Positions 8,969-18,220 of a stretch of 64,000 bases of DNA are shown piece by piece; position 1 is the first letter of the stretch; each line of letters begins with the position of its first letter. The notes beneath the pieces are model-generated. The model did no database searches and was not told where the DNA came from. It saw only the letters and a program-made list of their open reading frames with translations. Both the position numbers and the translations under genes were made by a program. Source of the stretch: an uncultured Mycoplasmatota bacterium (GTDB lineage: Bacteria; Bacillota_I; Bacilli_A; RF39; UBA660); assembly GCA_900553395.1 (NCBI GenBank), contig USDJ01000008.1:2689-66688 (forward strand). The letters run 5' to 3'.

Positions 8969-9487
8969 CTATCGTATAACCTCAATTATTTCAGCAGGTG
9001 AGATGTTTTCAATTTCAGTAACTGATTGAATTGCCATTTGATGGAAAACAAAAATAATACATTCATAATTATTATATTTCTCGATTATATCTTGAACTCT
9101 TTTTTTCAAATGTTCTTTTGATTCCCAGTTCACTACCCTATCAACTGGTGGAACACCACTGTTCTTAATATAATCTTTATAATATTCTTTCATTTCTTTA
9201 GCTTTATATTGATATGTTTTATCAGGCTCCCACTCTCTCAAATCAGGTTCTATTTTTATATCTAGGCCTGTTTCTTTTGATATAATTGCTGCTGTTTGCA
9301 ATGCTCTAGTATATGGTGAAGACACGATGAGTGATGCTTCTTTCAAGCGTGGATCTTTAGATGTCTTTATTACATCATCAATATATTCATCACTTAATTT
9401 AGCTAAATCATGTCCGTGCCCAATAAAATTATGGGCATCACCATAACTATAATCTGCTTTACCGTGTCTTATCATAAAAATCTTCAT
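8969..9487 (-). CDS. Cargo gene 4: histidine phosphatase (phosphoglycerate-mutase superfamily)
   Basis: RHG motif (FMIRHGKADY), SSPYTRALQTA and a second His (VFHQM). Confidence 0.8.
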   Translation of the reverse strand: MKIFMIRHGKADYSYGDAHNFIGHGHDLAKLSDEYIDDVIKTSKDPRLKEASLIVSSPYTRALQTAAIISKETGLDIKIEPDLREWEPDKTYQYKAKEMKEYYKDYIKNSGVPPVDRVVNWESKEHLKKRVQDIIEKYNNYECIIFVFHQMAIQSVTEIENISPAEIIEVIR

Positions 9488-9491
9488 ATAT

Positions 9492-10085
9492 TCATCTCCT
9501 TAATTTTAATGACTTGCATATACATTCACTGGCGTATGCTTTACTTTTTCCAGTTGTGTCAATAAATTCCTTCCTTGACCATATTTCCATTATATCATAA
9601 AATTCGTTTTGATAAAATTCAAAATCATTTTTGACCCAATTATTTTGTAAAATTTTGTCTCTATTTAAATTCCTTTTTAGTTTTTCACTTGAATCTGCTG
9701 TTAAAATAAATGTTATATCTGGGTTAACATACCATGCTTGATTTATCATATCTTTATATATTCTAAGCGCATTATCATAACCATTGTATTTACCTAATTT
9801 TAAGAAGGCGTATGAAACCGCTAAAATTGAAAGATAACTTCTTTCCATAAATACTATTTTGTTTCGTTTCAATAATGATGATGCTAATATCATCCTCTCT
9901 TTTTCTATTTCAAGAAAAATTTGTTGATTTTTTAATTCTTCTTCTATATTCTTTGATGGTTTAGGTGATAATGGATGATCCATAAATTCCTCAATTATTT
10001 CGACATTTGGAATTTCACTCAAAATTCTTGATGTAGTTGTCTTGCCGGAATTAGACGCTCCTTCTATTACATATAAATTTTTCAT
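9492..10085 (-). CDS. Cargo gene 3: P-loop kinase, deoxynucleoside/nucleotide-kinase-like
   Basis: Walker A GASNSGKTT, an ERS motif (FMERSYLS) and an Arg/Lys-rich lid-like segment (EKLKRNLNRDK). Confidence 0.55.
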   Translation of the reverse strand: MKNLYVIEGASNSGKTTTSRILSEIPNVEIIEEFMDHPLSPKPSKNIEEELKNQQIFLEIEKERMILASSLLKRNKIVFMERSYLSILAVSYAFLKLGKYNGYDNALRIYKDMINQAWYVNPDITFILTADSSEKLKRNLNRDKILQNNWVKNDFEFYQNEFYDIMEIWSRKEFIDTTGKSKAYASECICKSLKLRR

Positions 10086-10094
10086 TATATATCA

Positions 10095-11390
10095 CTACCT
10101 TTCTGTTTTATATTTCTTCATTTTAAAATTGAATATGGAATATAAAGGACCCATATTAGATATAAATGTAGAGACACAAACAGCACATATCAGACTTAAC
10201 TTATTGTTAATTTTTTTGTTTTCCAGTTTTTCTATAAGTTTTATTGTACTTAGATAAACACATATTTGCATAAATATATAAGAAAATATTGATATTACAA
10301 GCAAAATAATATTTCTATAATATATACCAATTGCAAACGGCAAAATAATAATAATTGACCACAATAGCCAACTTAAATTCATACGAACTCTTTGAAAAAG
10401 CCAGTTTTTACATGAATTGGAAATTTTTTTATCTTTTTTTAGGTTACTTTTTATCATCTTAACCCATTGATTAGAAGTTCTAAACCAGTTAGCATTTTGC
10501 TTGATTAATACTGATATATTTTTGGGCGTTTCCATGTTTTCTAGTTTTAAAACAGGAGTAATCTTAATATTTCTATTTCTAATAATTGAGCTCATGTATA
10601 TATCTTCACACCAAAATTTATTATTAAATCCTTCGATTTTTCTTAGTATGTCCAATCTGATATACAATCCATGTCCAACAACATAAGTGTATAATAAATT
10701 TGGAAAAGTTAAGGAGTTTATCAAGCCATATTTTATTTCAAAATTACTTTGGTAAAGTGCAAATCCCTTCATGATAAATGAAAGATTTTCTAAATTGCTA
10801 AACGCATAAGAGTACTGCTGTATTATTTCTGGGTAATCTTGATTTTTAATTATATTCAAAACACTATTTATCGTGTCTAAATTTGGTCTACTGTCTGCAT
10901 TATATACAGAAAAATATATTTTTTTACTATTGTTATAATTTTTGTATTCTTTCATTACGTAATTTAGCTGATCCGCCATTATTCCGTCTTTATATGGATA
11001 ATGTAAAAGTTTGACTTTATTTATCTTATTTTCGTTGATATATTCATTTACCACATCAAATGTTGTCTTGTTTATTTCTTGCTTGGTCAAAAGCTGTTCG
11101 TATTTTTCTTTTTCTGTTGTCACAATAATTAATTCTATATTATCTTTATCGTTTATTAAATTCAAAAAATAATCTATTGTTTCTTTTATAACAGATTGCT
11201 CTCGCAGACAAGGAATGATAATTAGTATTTTACAATCTGAAAGCCTATTATTATTATTTTTATATACTCTTATACTTTTAATTTTTCTTTTAGCTATACA
11301 AGTTTTTAACATATTCCAAAATGCATTTATGATTTCTAAAGCTACTATTATCCAATAAATTATTAATAATATACCTTTCATAAATTCCAC
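10095..11390 (-). CDS. Cargo gene 2: membrane-embedded family-2 glycosyltransferase (synthase-like)
   Basis: N-terminal TM, GT-A core (LIIIPCLREQ..., VYNADSRP), KQNANW resembling QxxRW and several C-terminal TM helices. Confidence 0.7.
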   Translation of the reverse strand: MEFMKGILLIIYWIIVALEIINAFWNMLKTCIAKRKIKSIRVYKNNNNRLSDCKILIIIPCLREQSVIKETIDYFLNLINDKDNIELIIVTTEKEKYEQLLTKQEINKTTFDVVNEYINENKINKVKLLHYPYKDGIMADQLNYVMKEYKNYNNSKKIYFSVYNADSRPNLDTINSVLNIIKNQDYPEIIQQYSYAFSNLENLSFIMKGFALYQSNFEIKYGLINSLTFPNLLYTYVVGHGLYIRLDILRKIEGFNNKFWCEDIYMSSIIRNRNIKITPVLKLENMETPKNISVLIKQNANWFRTSNQWVKMIKSNLKKDKKISNSCKNWLFQRVRMNLSWLLWSIIIILPFAIGIYYRNIILLVISIFSYIFMQICVYLSTIKLIEKLENKKINNKLSLICAVCVSTFISNMGPLYSIFNFKMKKYKTER

Positions 11391-12031
11391 CCCTTCCCTT
11401 TTGCTAAATTATCAATCGTCTCACAATAACTATCAAGCATTCCACGACTAATGAAAAATTCTTTATCATATTTAGCATCTAGTAAGTCAAAAACTAAAAA
11501 TTGAACTTTAATTTTGAGATATAAACAAATAGCTAGTCGATGTGCACCATCGATCGGAATTCCTGTTTTACTTATAGGTATTATAGTCTTGCTTAAGCCT
11601 TCTGCTTTTATAGATTCAATTAATATGTTAAAATTGTCAATAAAATTATCTGGACTAGATTTACTTCCATCAGGTTCAAAAAAATTATTAAAGGCTTTAA
11701 TATGCGATAAATATATTTTTTTAGCCAAGTCATAGTCTTTCTTTTCAATATAACTTTTTACATAAAAATATTTCACATAGATATCATATCTATAACGAGA
11801 TGTCAATTTTTCGGGACTACATTCATACATGTAATATTGTTTTCTTTTTTCTAGCAATGAATATATATAGTGATTATTAATAAGTTTGTTCGCATCATTT
11901 TCATCTATAATCTTAATTAGCTTACTATTTTTTATAGGACTCATATTAATATTGGTGATAACTATATTGGAACTATTATAAAATTTATCAAATATTATTT
12001 TTCCCATATTAGGTATTTCTTTGGTCCTCAT
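11378..12031 (-). CDS. Cargo gene 1: hypothetical protein with ParB/sulfiredoxin-like DGxHR motif
   Basis: IPIDGAHRLAICLYL resembles the DGxHR box of ParB/Srx-fold proteins. It overlaps the GT2 gene by 13 nt. Confidence 0.35.
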   Translation of the reverse strand: MRTKEIPNMGKIIFDKFYNSSNIVITNINMSPIKNSKLIKIIDENDANKLINNHYIYSLLEKRKQYYMYECSPEKLTSRYRYDIYVKYFYVKSYIEKKDYDLAKKIYLSHIKAFNNFFEPDGSKSSPDNFIDNFNILIESIKAEGLSKTIIPISKTGIPIDGAHRLAICLYLKIKVQFLVFDLLDAKYDKEFFISRGMLDSYCETIDNLAKGKGWNL

Positions 12032-12092
12032 ACTATTATCACATCCAATATAAATATTTAATCAAGATAATTTAAAGTGTTTATCGAGAAGT

Positions 12093-12121
12093 AGTATACA
12101 GTTTATATATAATTTTGTCAA
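12093..12121 (-). promoter_or_regulatory. Sigma-A-type promoter inside the element, driving the cargo operon
   Basis: Minus strand TTGACA-17 nt-TATACT (TTGACAAAATTATATATAAACTGTATACT), about 60 nt upstream of the first cargo ATG. Confidence 0.6.
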
Positions 12122-12253
12122 CCTGTATTTACCTAATTAAATAAAAGATGGAAATCTGCTTTTAAAGCTGTCAAAGACTTATATAGTTATAAGCTTTGAA
12201 TTAAATTCAATAAATATGCATAATTAAAAAAAATCAGCATACTAATATATTGC

Positions 12254-12279
12254 TTTCGGGTGTTACAATATTAAAAGTA
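12254..12279. other. Right att junction (element arm / PBP 5' flank)
   Basis: + strand GCTTTCGGGTGTTACAATATTAAAAGTAGAACC (12252-12284). Confidence 0.7.
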
Positions 12280-13151
12280 GAACCTGGTTCATATGTCATC
12301 CAAATTGGAAGATTTCTATTTATTTGCTCTACAGTATAATTTTTATAATTACTAGGGCTAAAATCTGGACGTGATGATATAGCGAGTATTTCTCCACTAT
12401 TCGGATCCATTACTATACCTAGTGCTTGATCTGGATTATATTGACTAATAGCATTATCAAGTTCCCTTTCTAGTGCCTTTTGCAAATCAAAGTTTATAGT
12501 AAGCGTCATATTAACCCCACTTTGTGGTTGTTCATATACCTGTGACATAGAAAGACTATTACCTTTAGCATCACTAAAATATTTTATAGCCCCATCACTA
12601 CCAGTTAAATATTTATCATATATTAATTCCAGACCACTTAAACCCTGATTATCTATTCCAACAAATCCAATAGTATGTGATAATAAATTATCATAAGGAT
12701 AATTCCTTTTTGCCTCTTTTACTAAATACACACCTTTTAATCCTAAAGAGTTTATCTTATCGGCTATATCATAGCTTAAGTTTCTTCCTTCGGGATGAAC
12801 TCTTTCTATCGAAGTTTTCTTTGATACGTGCGAATACATATTTTCATAACTAACATTAAGTATTTCAGAAAGCTTACTTGCAGTTAAACTCTTATCTTCT
12901 ATCTGATTTGGTATTAAGATAAGTGAAGTCGTAGTAATATTACCAGCTAGTTCTACTCCGTTTCTATCATATATTATTCCTCTATTAGCAGCAAGCGGTA
13001 AATTTCTGCTCCATAAACTTGTAGCATACTTATTTAATTTTTTGTAATCTATTACTTGAATATAAAAAACCTTAAAAATTATTAAAAAAAATAAAAATAG
13101 TGTTGCAAATATTATAATTTTAATCCTTACGTGTATACTTTTAAAAAACAT
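12274..13151 (-). pseudogene. Class B penicillin-binding protein (SpoVD/FtsI-like), 5' part up to the SxxK motif
   Basis: TM anchor and PBP dimerisation domain, then ...IWMTYEPGSTF. After that the ORF reads into element DNA (NIVTPESNILVC*, stop at 12234). The ATG at 13151 has a GGTGAT RBS. Confidence 0.8.
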
Positions 13152-13216
13152 TTTATCACCACTTAAATTTATGAATAAAAACATATATTAATTCAAAAAT
13201 TATAAATAGTAGTAAT

Positions 13217-13245
13217 TTGACATTTAAACTTAATTGATATATAAT
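13217..13245 (+). promoter_or_regulatory. Near-consensus sigma-A promoter
   Basis: TTGACA-17 nt-TATAAT (TTGACATTTAAACTTAATTGATATATAAT). Confidence 0.65.
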
Positions 13246-13271
13246 CTATCTCGAAGTAAGAAGGTGTATTG

Positions 13272-13595
13272 ATGAAAAAAAATAAAATTAATTTATTTCA
13301 AGTAAGTATTTCAAATAAATCAAATTCATTTATTTTCTCTCTACCACATTCTAATGATGATCTTACCTATGACTATTTTGTGTTATCTGAAGGTGATGAA
13401 ATAATTGTTGAAAAGATTACTAATGTATTAAATTTTCTACAAGATGGCCATATAACACTTGTACCAATCGAATTTGGAACTGACGAATTTTTAAAATTTC
13501 AAGAATTATATGAAAAATATTGTGACAAGCACAATAAAGCAAATAAATTAAAGGTAAATATTAAAAGCGAAAAAAATAATCCTCATTTTAACTAA
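13272..13595 (+). CDS. Hypothetical protein
   Basis: AAGGTG RBS 5 nt before the ATG at 13272. Followed by a clean terminator. No motif recognised. Confidence 0.55.
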   Translation: MKKNKINLFQVSISNKSNSFIFSLPHSNDDLTYDYFVLSEGDEIIVEKITNVLNFLQDGHITLVPIEFGTDEFLKFQELYEKYCDKHNKANKLKVNIKSEKNNPHFN

Positions 13596-13609
13596 ATGAG
13601 GATTTTTTG
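13578..13609 (+). terminator. Rho-independent terminator
   Basis: AATCCTCATTT-loop-AAATGAGGATT followed by TTTTT. Confidence 0.7.
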
Positions 13610-13646
13610 TATTACTATATAAAATTAAAATAAAAACATTATTTTA

Positions 13647-15359
13647 TTATAAACTTGTCTTCTTAACTTCTACATTTTCTAAACTAGCGATTTTATCATT
13701 TAATCTTTTACTAATAATCATAAGTTTTGATCTTGCAGAAACAATATTTAAAATATCAACCGGTTTAAATTCATTTTTCTTCAAATCATAAAGGAAGAAA
13801 TACTCTGAATCTTTTTCTTTACCTATAATATTAAATAATATAAAATAACTGCCATCTTCCCTACTCTTTAAAGGATAATATTGTATTCTGTTTAAAGCAG
13901 GGCTATATTGTATATCGTATTTTTCAAATTGGCAATTATTAAAATTTAATTCCCGAAACATATCTGAAATAAGCTCGCTAATTATAGCAGACTGTTCACT
14001 ATAGCCTAATTTATTAAAACTAGTTGGCCCTTCATTGCAATCTAGTATCCTAGAAAACATAGTACTAAACTTTAAAGCAATATATCTATTTGAAACATAC
14101 TTATCATCATTAAATATTCTATCCGGATCAATAAAATGAAACATTATTTTATGAAGTAAAATGGAAAAATTATTTTTTTCAAATCTTCTTTCCTTTACCA
14201 ATGTCACAATTGAATTTACCTTGCTTAGCAAAGCAAGAGGATTATAAAATTCATCTAAAGGCTCATTAGGTAGCACCTTTTTAGATTTTTTATACCAAAC
14301 CTGAAATGGATTATCATCTGAATTAATTAAAACCTCCCTAGAACTGATTGGATATTCTAAGTATTTTGATGCAAAATATTGCTTTATAATATTAGATACA
14401 TCATTAAGCCATCCTTCATAATCGTAAATAGGATCTTTTACATTAGAATCTAGTTTAAAACCGGTCATTCTTAAAATCTTAGATAATATGATATTACAAA
14501 GTCTTCTCATCCATATATTAAAATCATCATCACTTATAGAAGAAAAACTGTCTTCATTTAAATTAATTAATCTACCATTAGTTCCAACAAACTCGACAAG
14601 TGTATTATATATTATGGTATTTTCTTCAGCAATTAAATAATACCAATCATTTTTTCTTAAATATTGTTTAATTATCGCAAATGAAACATCGTTATACTGA
14701 AGTGCATATTCTCTTATTGGATTACCAAGAGATTCATATTTATAGTATGAATTTAAATATCCCAAATAGTTATCAATCTCTCTTATTTTGCTTTCGGATA
14801 AAAGAGTATGATTAATGGCTTCGCCTTCGTAAGTTGGAACAGCATTTCCATTTTTATCTTTTCTATATTGTGGAATATTAAGTGCGAAATGTCTAGTCTT
14901 AAACCCATTTTGTATATAAGGTAAATCTGCTGCCAAATTCAAAAAATATGTATTTTTCTGATCTTTTACAGCTAGAAACCAATGATGCATTAAAAACGAA
15001 TCGTCTTTAAACTCATTTTTTTCAGTATCTGGAATCTCAAAATATTTACTAGTTTTAACAAGATACGACTCTATGCCAAGTTTGTCATAGCACATTTTTA
15101 AAATCAAAGCAGCCGATCTACAAATTACAGCATTCCAATCATCTTTTGTTTCTGTTTTGTCATCTTCATATATTTCTTTTAAATCTTTTACACTCATACC
15201 CTCTATTTCAGGTTTATTGAATATACCCCAGAAAAATTCTACATATTTTTTTAAACGTTTTCCGAGTGAAAGATATACATATCTAATTTTAAGAATCGTA
15301 GGCCACTCATCATTTACATTCGAAACTACCTCGTTTACTAACTCTTCTATACTGTTCAT
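13647..15359 (-). CDS. Large cytoplasmic protein with N-terminal transglutaminase-like cysteine-peptidase core
   Basis: Cys context WNAVICRSAALILKMCYDKLGIESYLV, then His context FLMHHWFLAV, then Asp (LNLAADL). The ~400-aa C-terminal part is unassigned. Confidence 0.45.
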   Translation of the reverse strand: MNSIEELVNEVVSNVNDEWPTILKIRYVYLSLGKRLKKYVEFFWGIFNKPEIEGMSVKDLKEIYEDDKTETKDDWNAVICRSAALILKMCYDKLGIESYLVKTSKYFEIPDTEKNEFKDDSFLMHHWFLAVKDQKNTYFLNLAADLPYIQNGFKTRHFALNIPQYRKDKNGNAVPTYEGEAINHTLLSESKIREIDNYLGYLNSYYKYESLGNPIREYALQYNDVSFAIIKQYLRKNDWYYLIAEENTIIYNTLVEFVGTNGRLINLNEDSFSSISDDDFNIWMRRLCNIILSKILRMTGFKLDSNVKDPIYDYEGWLNDVSNIIKQYFASKYLEYPISSREVLINSDDNPFQVWYKKSKKVLPNEPLDEFYNPLALLSKVNSIVTLVKERRFEKNNFSILLHKIMFHFIDPDRIFNDDKYVSNRYIALKFSTMFSRILDCNEGPTSFNKLGYSEQSAIISELISDMFRELNFNNCQFEKYDIQYSPALNRIQYYPLKSREDGSYFILFNIIGKEKDSEYFFLYDLKKNEFKPVDILNIVSARSKLMIISKRLNDKIASLENVEVKKTSL

Positions 15360-15408
15360 AATAAACACCCAGTATTAATTTTATCATACATTACGCTTTT
15401 TATAAATA

Positions 15409-17442
15409 CTATCTTTTCTTTTTTAATATTCTCAAAGTATTTAGTATTGTTAAAAGTGTAACTCCAACATCAGCAAATACAGCTTGCCACATATTTGAAA
15501 TACCTAGAGCACTTAAAACTAATACTAAAATTTTTAATGATATAGCAAATATCAAGTTTTCTCTAATAATTTTATTTGTATATCTTGATATATCAATAGC
15601 AGTATTTATTTTAGATAAATCATCTGTCATTATTACTACATCTGAAGCCTCTATAGCAGCGTCTGTTCCAATTCCACCCATAGATATACCTATATGAGCT
15701 AAAGCAAGAGTTGGAGCATCATTTATTCCATCGCCTACAAAGGCAACTATATTATTATCTATATACTCTTTAACACAAGTATATTTATCACTTGGTAACA
15801 TTTCGTATTTTACTTCTTTTATGCCAACTTCTTTTGCTACCTTTATTGCATTATTTTTACTATCACCAGTAAACATTTCACATATAATATTTTTGTTTTG
15901 TAATTCTTTTATTGCAGGCTTCGCATTATCTTTAATCCTATCTACTATATTTACTGAAGCAACTACTAAGCCATCTATAGAAATATATGCTACTGCACCT
16001 ATATCTTCACATTTACATAGTTTATAATTGCCTATTAATATATTTTCTTTTCCTATAGAAAATGATATTCCACTACCTTTTATTTCTTTAAAGTTTTTAA
16101 CATCACTACTATCAGTTTTTATATTTATAGCATCTGTAATACTCTTGGCAAGAGGATGATTAGATAGTGATTCTCCTTTTTTTAATATAGTTTCTATTTC
16201 TTTTTTACTATACTTTTCATTAATAATCTTTATATCTATATTTTCAAATTTACCTGTAGTAATTGTCCCTGTTTTATCAAATATAATTCTATTTATATTT
16301 TTTAAATTATCTAAATAATTACTTCCCTTTATCAAAATTCCACATTTTGATGATAAACCAATGCCAGCAAAATAACTGAGTGGTACTGAAATAGCTATGG
16401 CACAAGGACAGGAAATAACTAAAAATACTAACGATTTATATATCCAAGTATTTAATGGTTGACTAGTAAAAATAGCTCCATACAAACTCAAAAGTATAGC
16501 TAATAAAAATACACTTGGAGTATAAATTTTAGATAGTTTTGATACAGTAGTTTCTGTTTTAGCTTTATTATCAGTAGCATTTAAAGTAAGTTCTAAAATT
16601 TTATTTACAGTACTATCTTCATATATAGTATTTACTTTTACAGTAATAAGGCCATTTTCATTAATCATTCCAGAGGTTACAGAATCTCCTTCTTTTACAG
16701 GTTTAAGTATGCTTTCACCCGTTATAGCACTAGTATTTAATTTAGCAGTTCCATCTAATATAACTCCATCTAGAGGTACTTTTTCTCCTGTTTTAACTAT
16801 AATTATATCTCCTACTTTTACCTCTTCTGGTGATACTACAATTATTTTATCATCTACTTTTTTATTGGCAAAAGAAGATTTTATATTCATTAAATCAGAA
16901 ATAGACTTTCTAGAATTATTTATTGCTATACCTTCTAGTATTTTACCTATTTCATATAAAACAATAACCATAAGTCCTTCACTTTGTTTATCTATCAAAT
17001 ATGCTCCAATACAAGATATTGTAATTAAAAAATTTTCATTTAAACTCTTTTCTTGTATCAGCATTCTAATAGCCTTCAGTGCTGTTTTATGCAAAAGTAT
17101 AATATAACCTATAATTATTAGAACATTTTTAACTATATTATTAGTTTTTAAAAATAGTCCTAACAATCCAATAATGGTACCAATTAAAAGTATTAATACT
17201 CTTTTTTTCACATTTTCAGTCTTTACATTTTTATCATATATAGTAGTTTCTGGTTCTATTTTTTTTACAATTTTATTTACATACTTCAAAACATCATTCG
17301 ATAAATCAGTTTCGATTGTAAGTTTAAGACTTGAAAAATTAACTATAGCTTTATCTATATTCTTATCTTTATTTAAAGCATCCTCTATCTTTTTAGCACA
17401 ATTAGCGCAATCTAGAGAACTAATATTAAATTTATATCTCAT
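15409..17442 (-). CDS. cadA: Heavy-metal (Cd/Zn/Co-type) P1B-ATPase
   Basis: N-terminal HMA CxxC (CANCAKK), CPC (SCPCAIAIS), DKTGTIT and GDGINDAP. Confidence 0.85.
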   Translation of the reverse strand: MRYKFNISSLDCANCAKKIEDALNKDKNIDKAIVNFSSLKLTIETDLSNDVLKYVNKIVKKIEPETTIYDKNVKTENVKKRVLILLIGTIIGLLGLFLKTNNIVKNVLIIIGYIILLHKTALKAIRMLIQEKSLNENFLITISCIGAYLIDKQSEGLMVIVLYEIGKILEGIAINNSRKSISDLMNIKSSFANKKVDDKIIVVSPEEVKVGDIIIVKTGEKVPLDGVILDGTAKLNTSAITGESILKPVKEGDSVTSGMINENGLITVKVNTIYEDSTVNKILELTLNATDNKAKTETTVSKLSKIYTPSVFLLAILLSLYGAIFTSQPLNTWIYKSLVFLVISCPCAIAISVPLSYFAGIGLSSKCGILIKGSNYLDNLKNINRIIFDKTGTITTGKFENIDIKIINEKYSKKEIETILKKGESLSNHPLAKSITDAINIKTDSSDVKNFKEIKGSGISFSIGKENILIGNYKLCKCEDIGAVAYISIDGLVVASVNIVDRIKDNAKPAIKELQNKNIICEMFTGDSKNNAIKVAKEVGIKEVKYEMLPSDKYTCVKEYIDNNIVAFVGDGINDAPTLALAHIGISMGGIGTDAAIEASDVVIMTDDLSKINTAIDISRYTNKIIRENLIFAISLKILVLVLSALGISNMWQAVFADVGVTLLTILNTLRILKKKR

Positions 17443-17725
17443 TTATATGTTCACACCCCATTTTAAAAATTTTTTCCACGTGATCATCTGCAAGAAAATA
17501 ATATATTTCTTTTCCATCTTTTCTATACTTTATAAGTTTTGAATCTTTTAATATTCTAAGTTGATGTGATACTGCAGATTGACTCATACATATATTTGAA
17601 GCAATTTCATTAACGCACATCTCGCCGTTAATAAGACAATTTATTATCTTAACCCTAGTTGAATCTCCAAATATTTTAAATAATTCTGATATATCAATTA
17701 TCTTATCATCATTTAATAGTTCCAT
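17432..17725 (-). CDS. ArsR/SmtB-family metalloregulator (CadC/CzrA-like)
   Basis: wHTH FKIFGDSTRVKIINCL...CVNEIA...MSQSAVSHQLRILK. It overlaps the ATPase start. Confidence 0.85.
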   Translation of the reverse strand: MELLNDDKIIDISELFKIFGDSTRVKIINCLINGEMCVNEIASNICMSQSAVSHQLRILKDSKLIKYRKDGKEIYYFLADDHVEKIFKMGCEHINEI

Positions 17726-17736
17726 TTTACCTCCTC

Positions 17737-17756
17737 ATATGAATAATTGTTCATAT
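17737..17756. promoter_or_regulatory. Probable ArsR/SmtB operator
   Basis: Perfect inverted repeat ATATGAA-TAATTG-TTCATAT containing the TGAA-N6-TTCA core. It lies immediately upstream of the regulator gene. Confidence 0.6.
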
Positions 17757-17794
17757 ATTGATATTATATACCAATTTTAAAATATTATCAATAA

Positions 17795-17815
17795 AAAAAT
17801 CCCAGAAGGGATTAT
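17795..17815 (-). terminator. Rho-independent terminator
   Basis: Minus strand AATCCC-TTCT-GGGATT followed by TTTTTTT. Confidence 0.6.
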
Positions 17816-18204
17816 ATTTTTGATTTCATAATTTGCTTATAAACTTTTTTAATATTTTCTTTCTTGTCATGATTCATAGCTATAAAATTAATGTGCAATT
17901 GATATCCACTATCTAGACTAAATAACAATTCTACTTTATTTGGTTTAAAATTAATCGCACTAGTAGAAATAGACATATAAGGTATTATATGAATTTTTTT
18001 ATAATAAATAGCAAGTGAATCTCTGTCAAATAAAATCATTTTTTTATCAGTAAAAACCGCATAATCTTTACTATTTTTATAAGCAAATACTATTTTTTCA
18101 TTGCTTTCTACATACTCTTTAGCATACTCAGGAAGTCCATCAACTCCTACTTCAGTCTTAAAATCAAAATATTTTGATAATTCTTTAAATTTAATATAAG
18201 CCAT
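17812..18204 (-). CDS. Bacterial PH-domain (YokE-like) protein
   Basis: The overall pattern ...EKIVFAYKNSKDYAVFTDKKMILFD... is typical of small bPH proteins. Assigned by eye only. Confidence 0.45.
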   Translation of the reverse strand: MAYIKFKELSKYFDFKTEVGVDGLPEYAKEYVESNEKIVFAYKNSKDYAVFTDKKMILFDRDSLAIYYKKIHIIPYMSISTSAINFKPNKVELLFSLDSGYQLHINFIAMNHDKKENIKKVYKQIMKSKI

Positions 18205-18220
18205 AATATTCTCCTAACTA

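Larger units (their letters stand above)
6516..12279. mobile_element. ~5.7-kb integrative element (large serine recombinase + small ORF + five-gene cargo operon) inserted in a PBP gene
   Basis: It interrupts a colinear PBP reading frame. Shared TT and AAAGTA occur at both junctions. The terminal 13-bp arms GTAACCCCCGAAA (6522-6534) and TTTCGGGTGTTAC (12254-12266) are inverted copies. The recombinase gene abuts the left end. Confidence 0.8.

Noticed and set aside
12234-12273. C-terminal 13 codons (NIVTPESNILVC) of the tracked 316-aa PBP ORF.
   Set aside because: This is read-through into element DNA past the att junction, not a genuine PBP C-terminus.
6516-13151. Skin-like developmental excision that would rebuild a functional sporulation PBP (SpoVD-type).
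   Set aside because: The att geometry fits, but the PBP 3' portion left of the element is only ~73 codons long. Excision therefore cannot regenerate a complete transpeptidase in this genome. I also cannot tell from sequence whether the PBP is SpoVD or an FtsI-type paralog.
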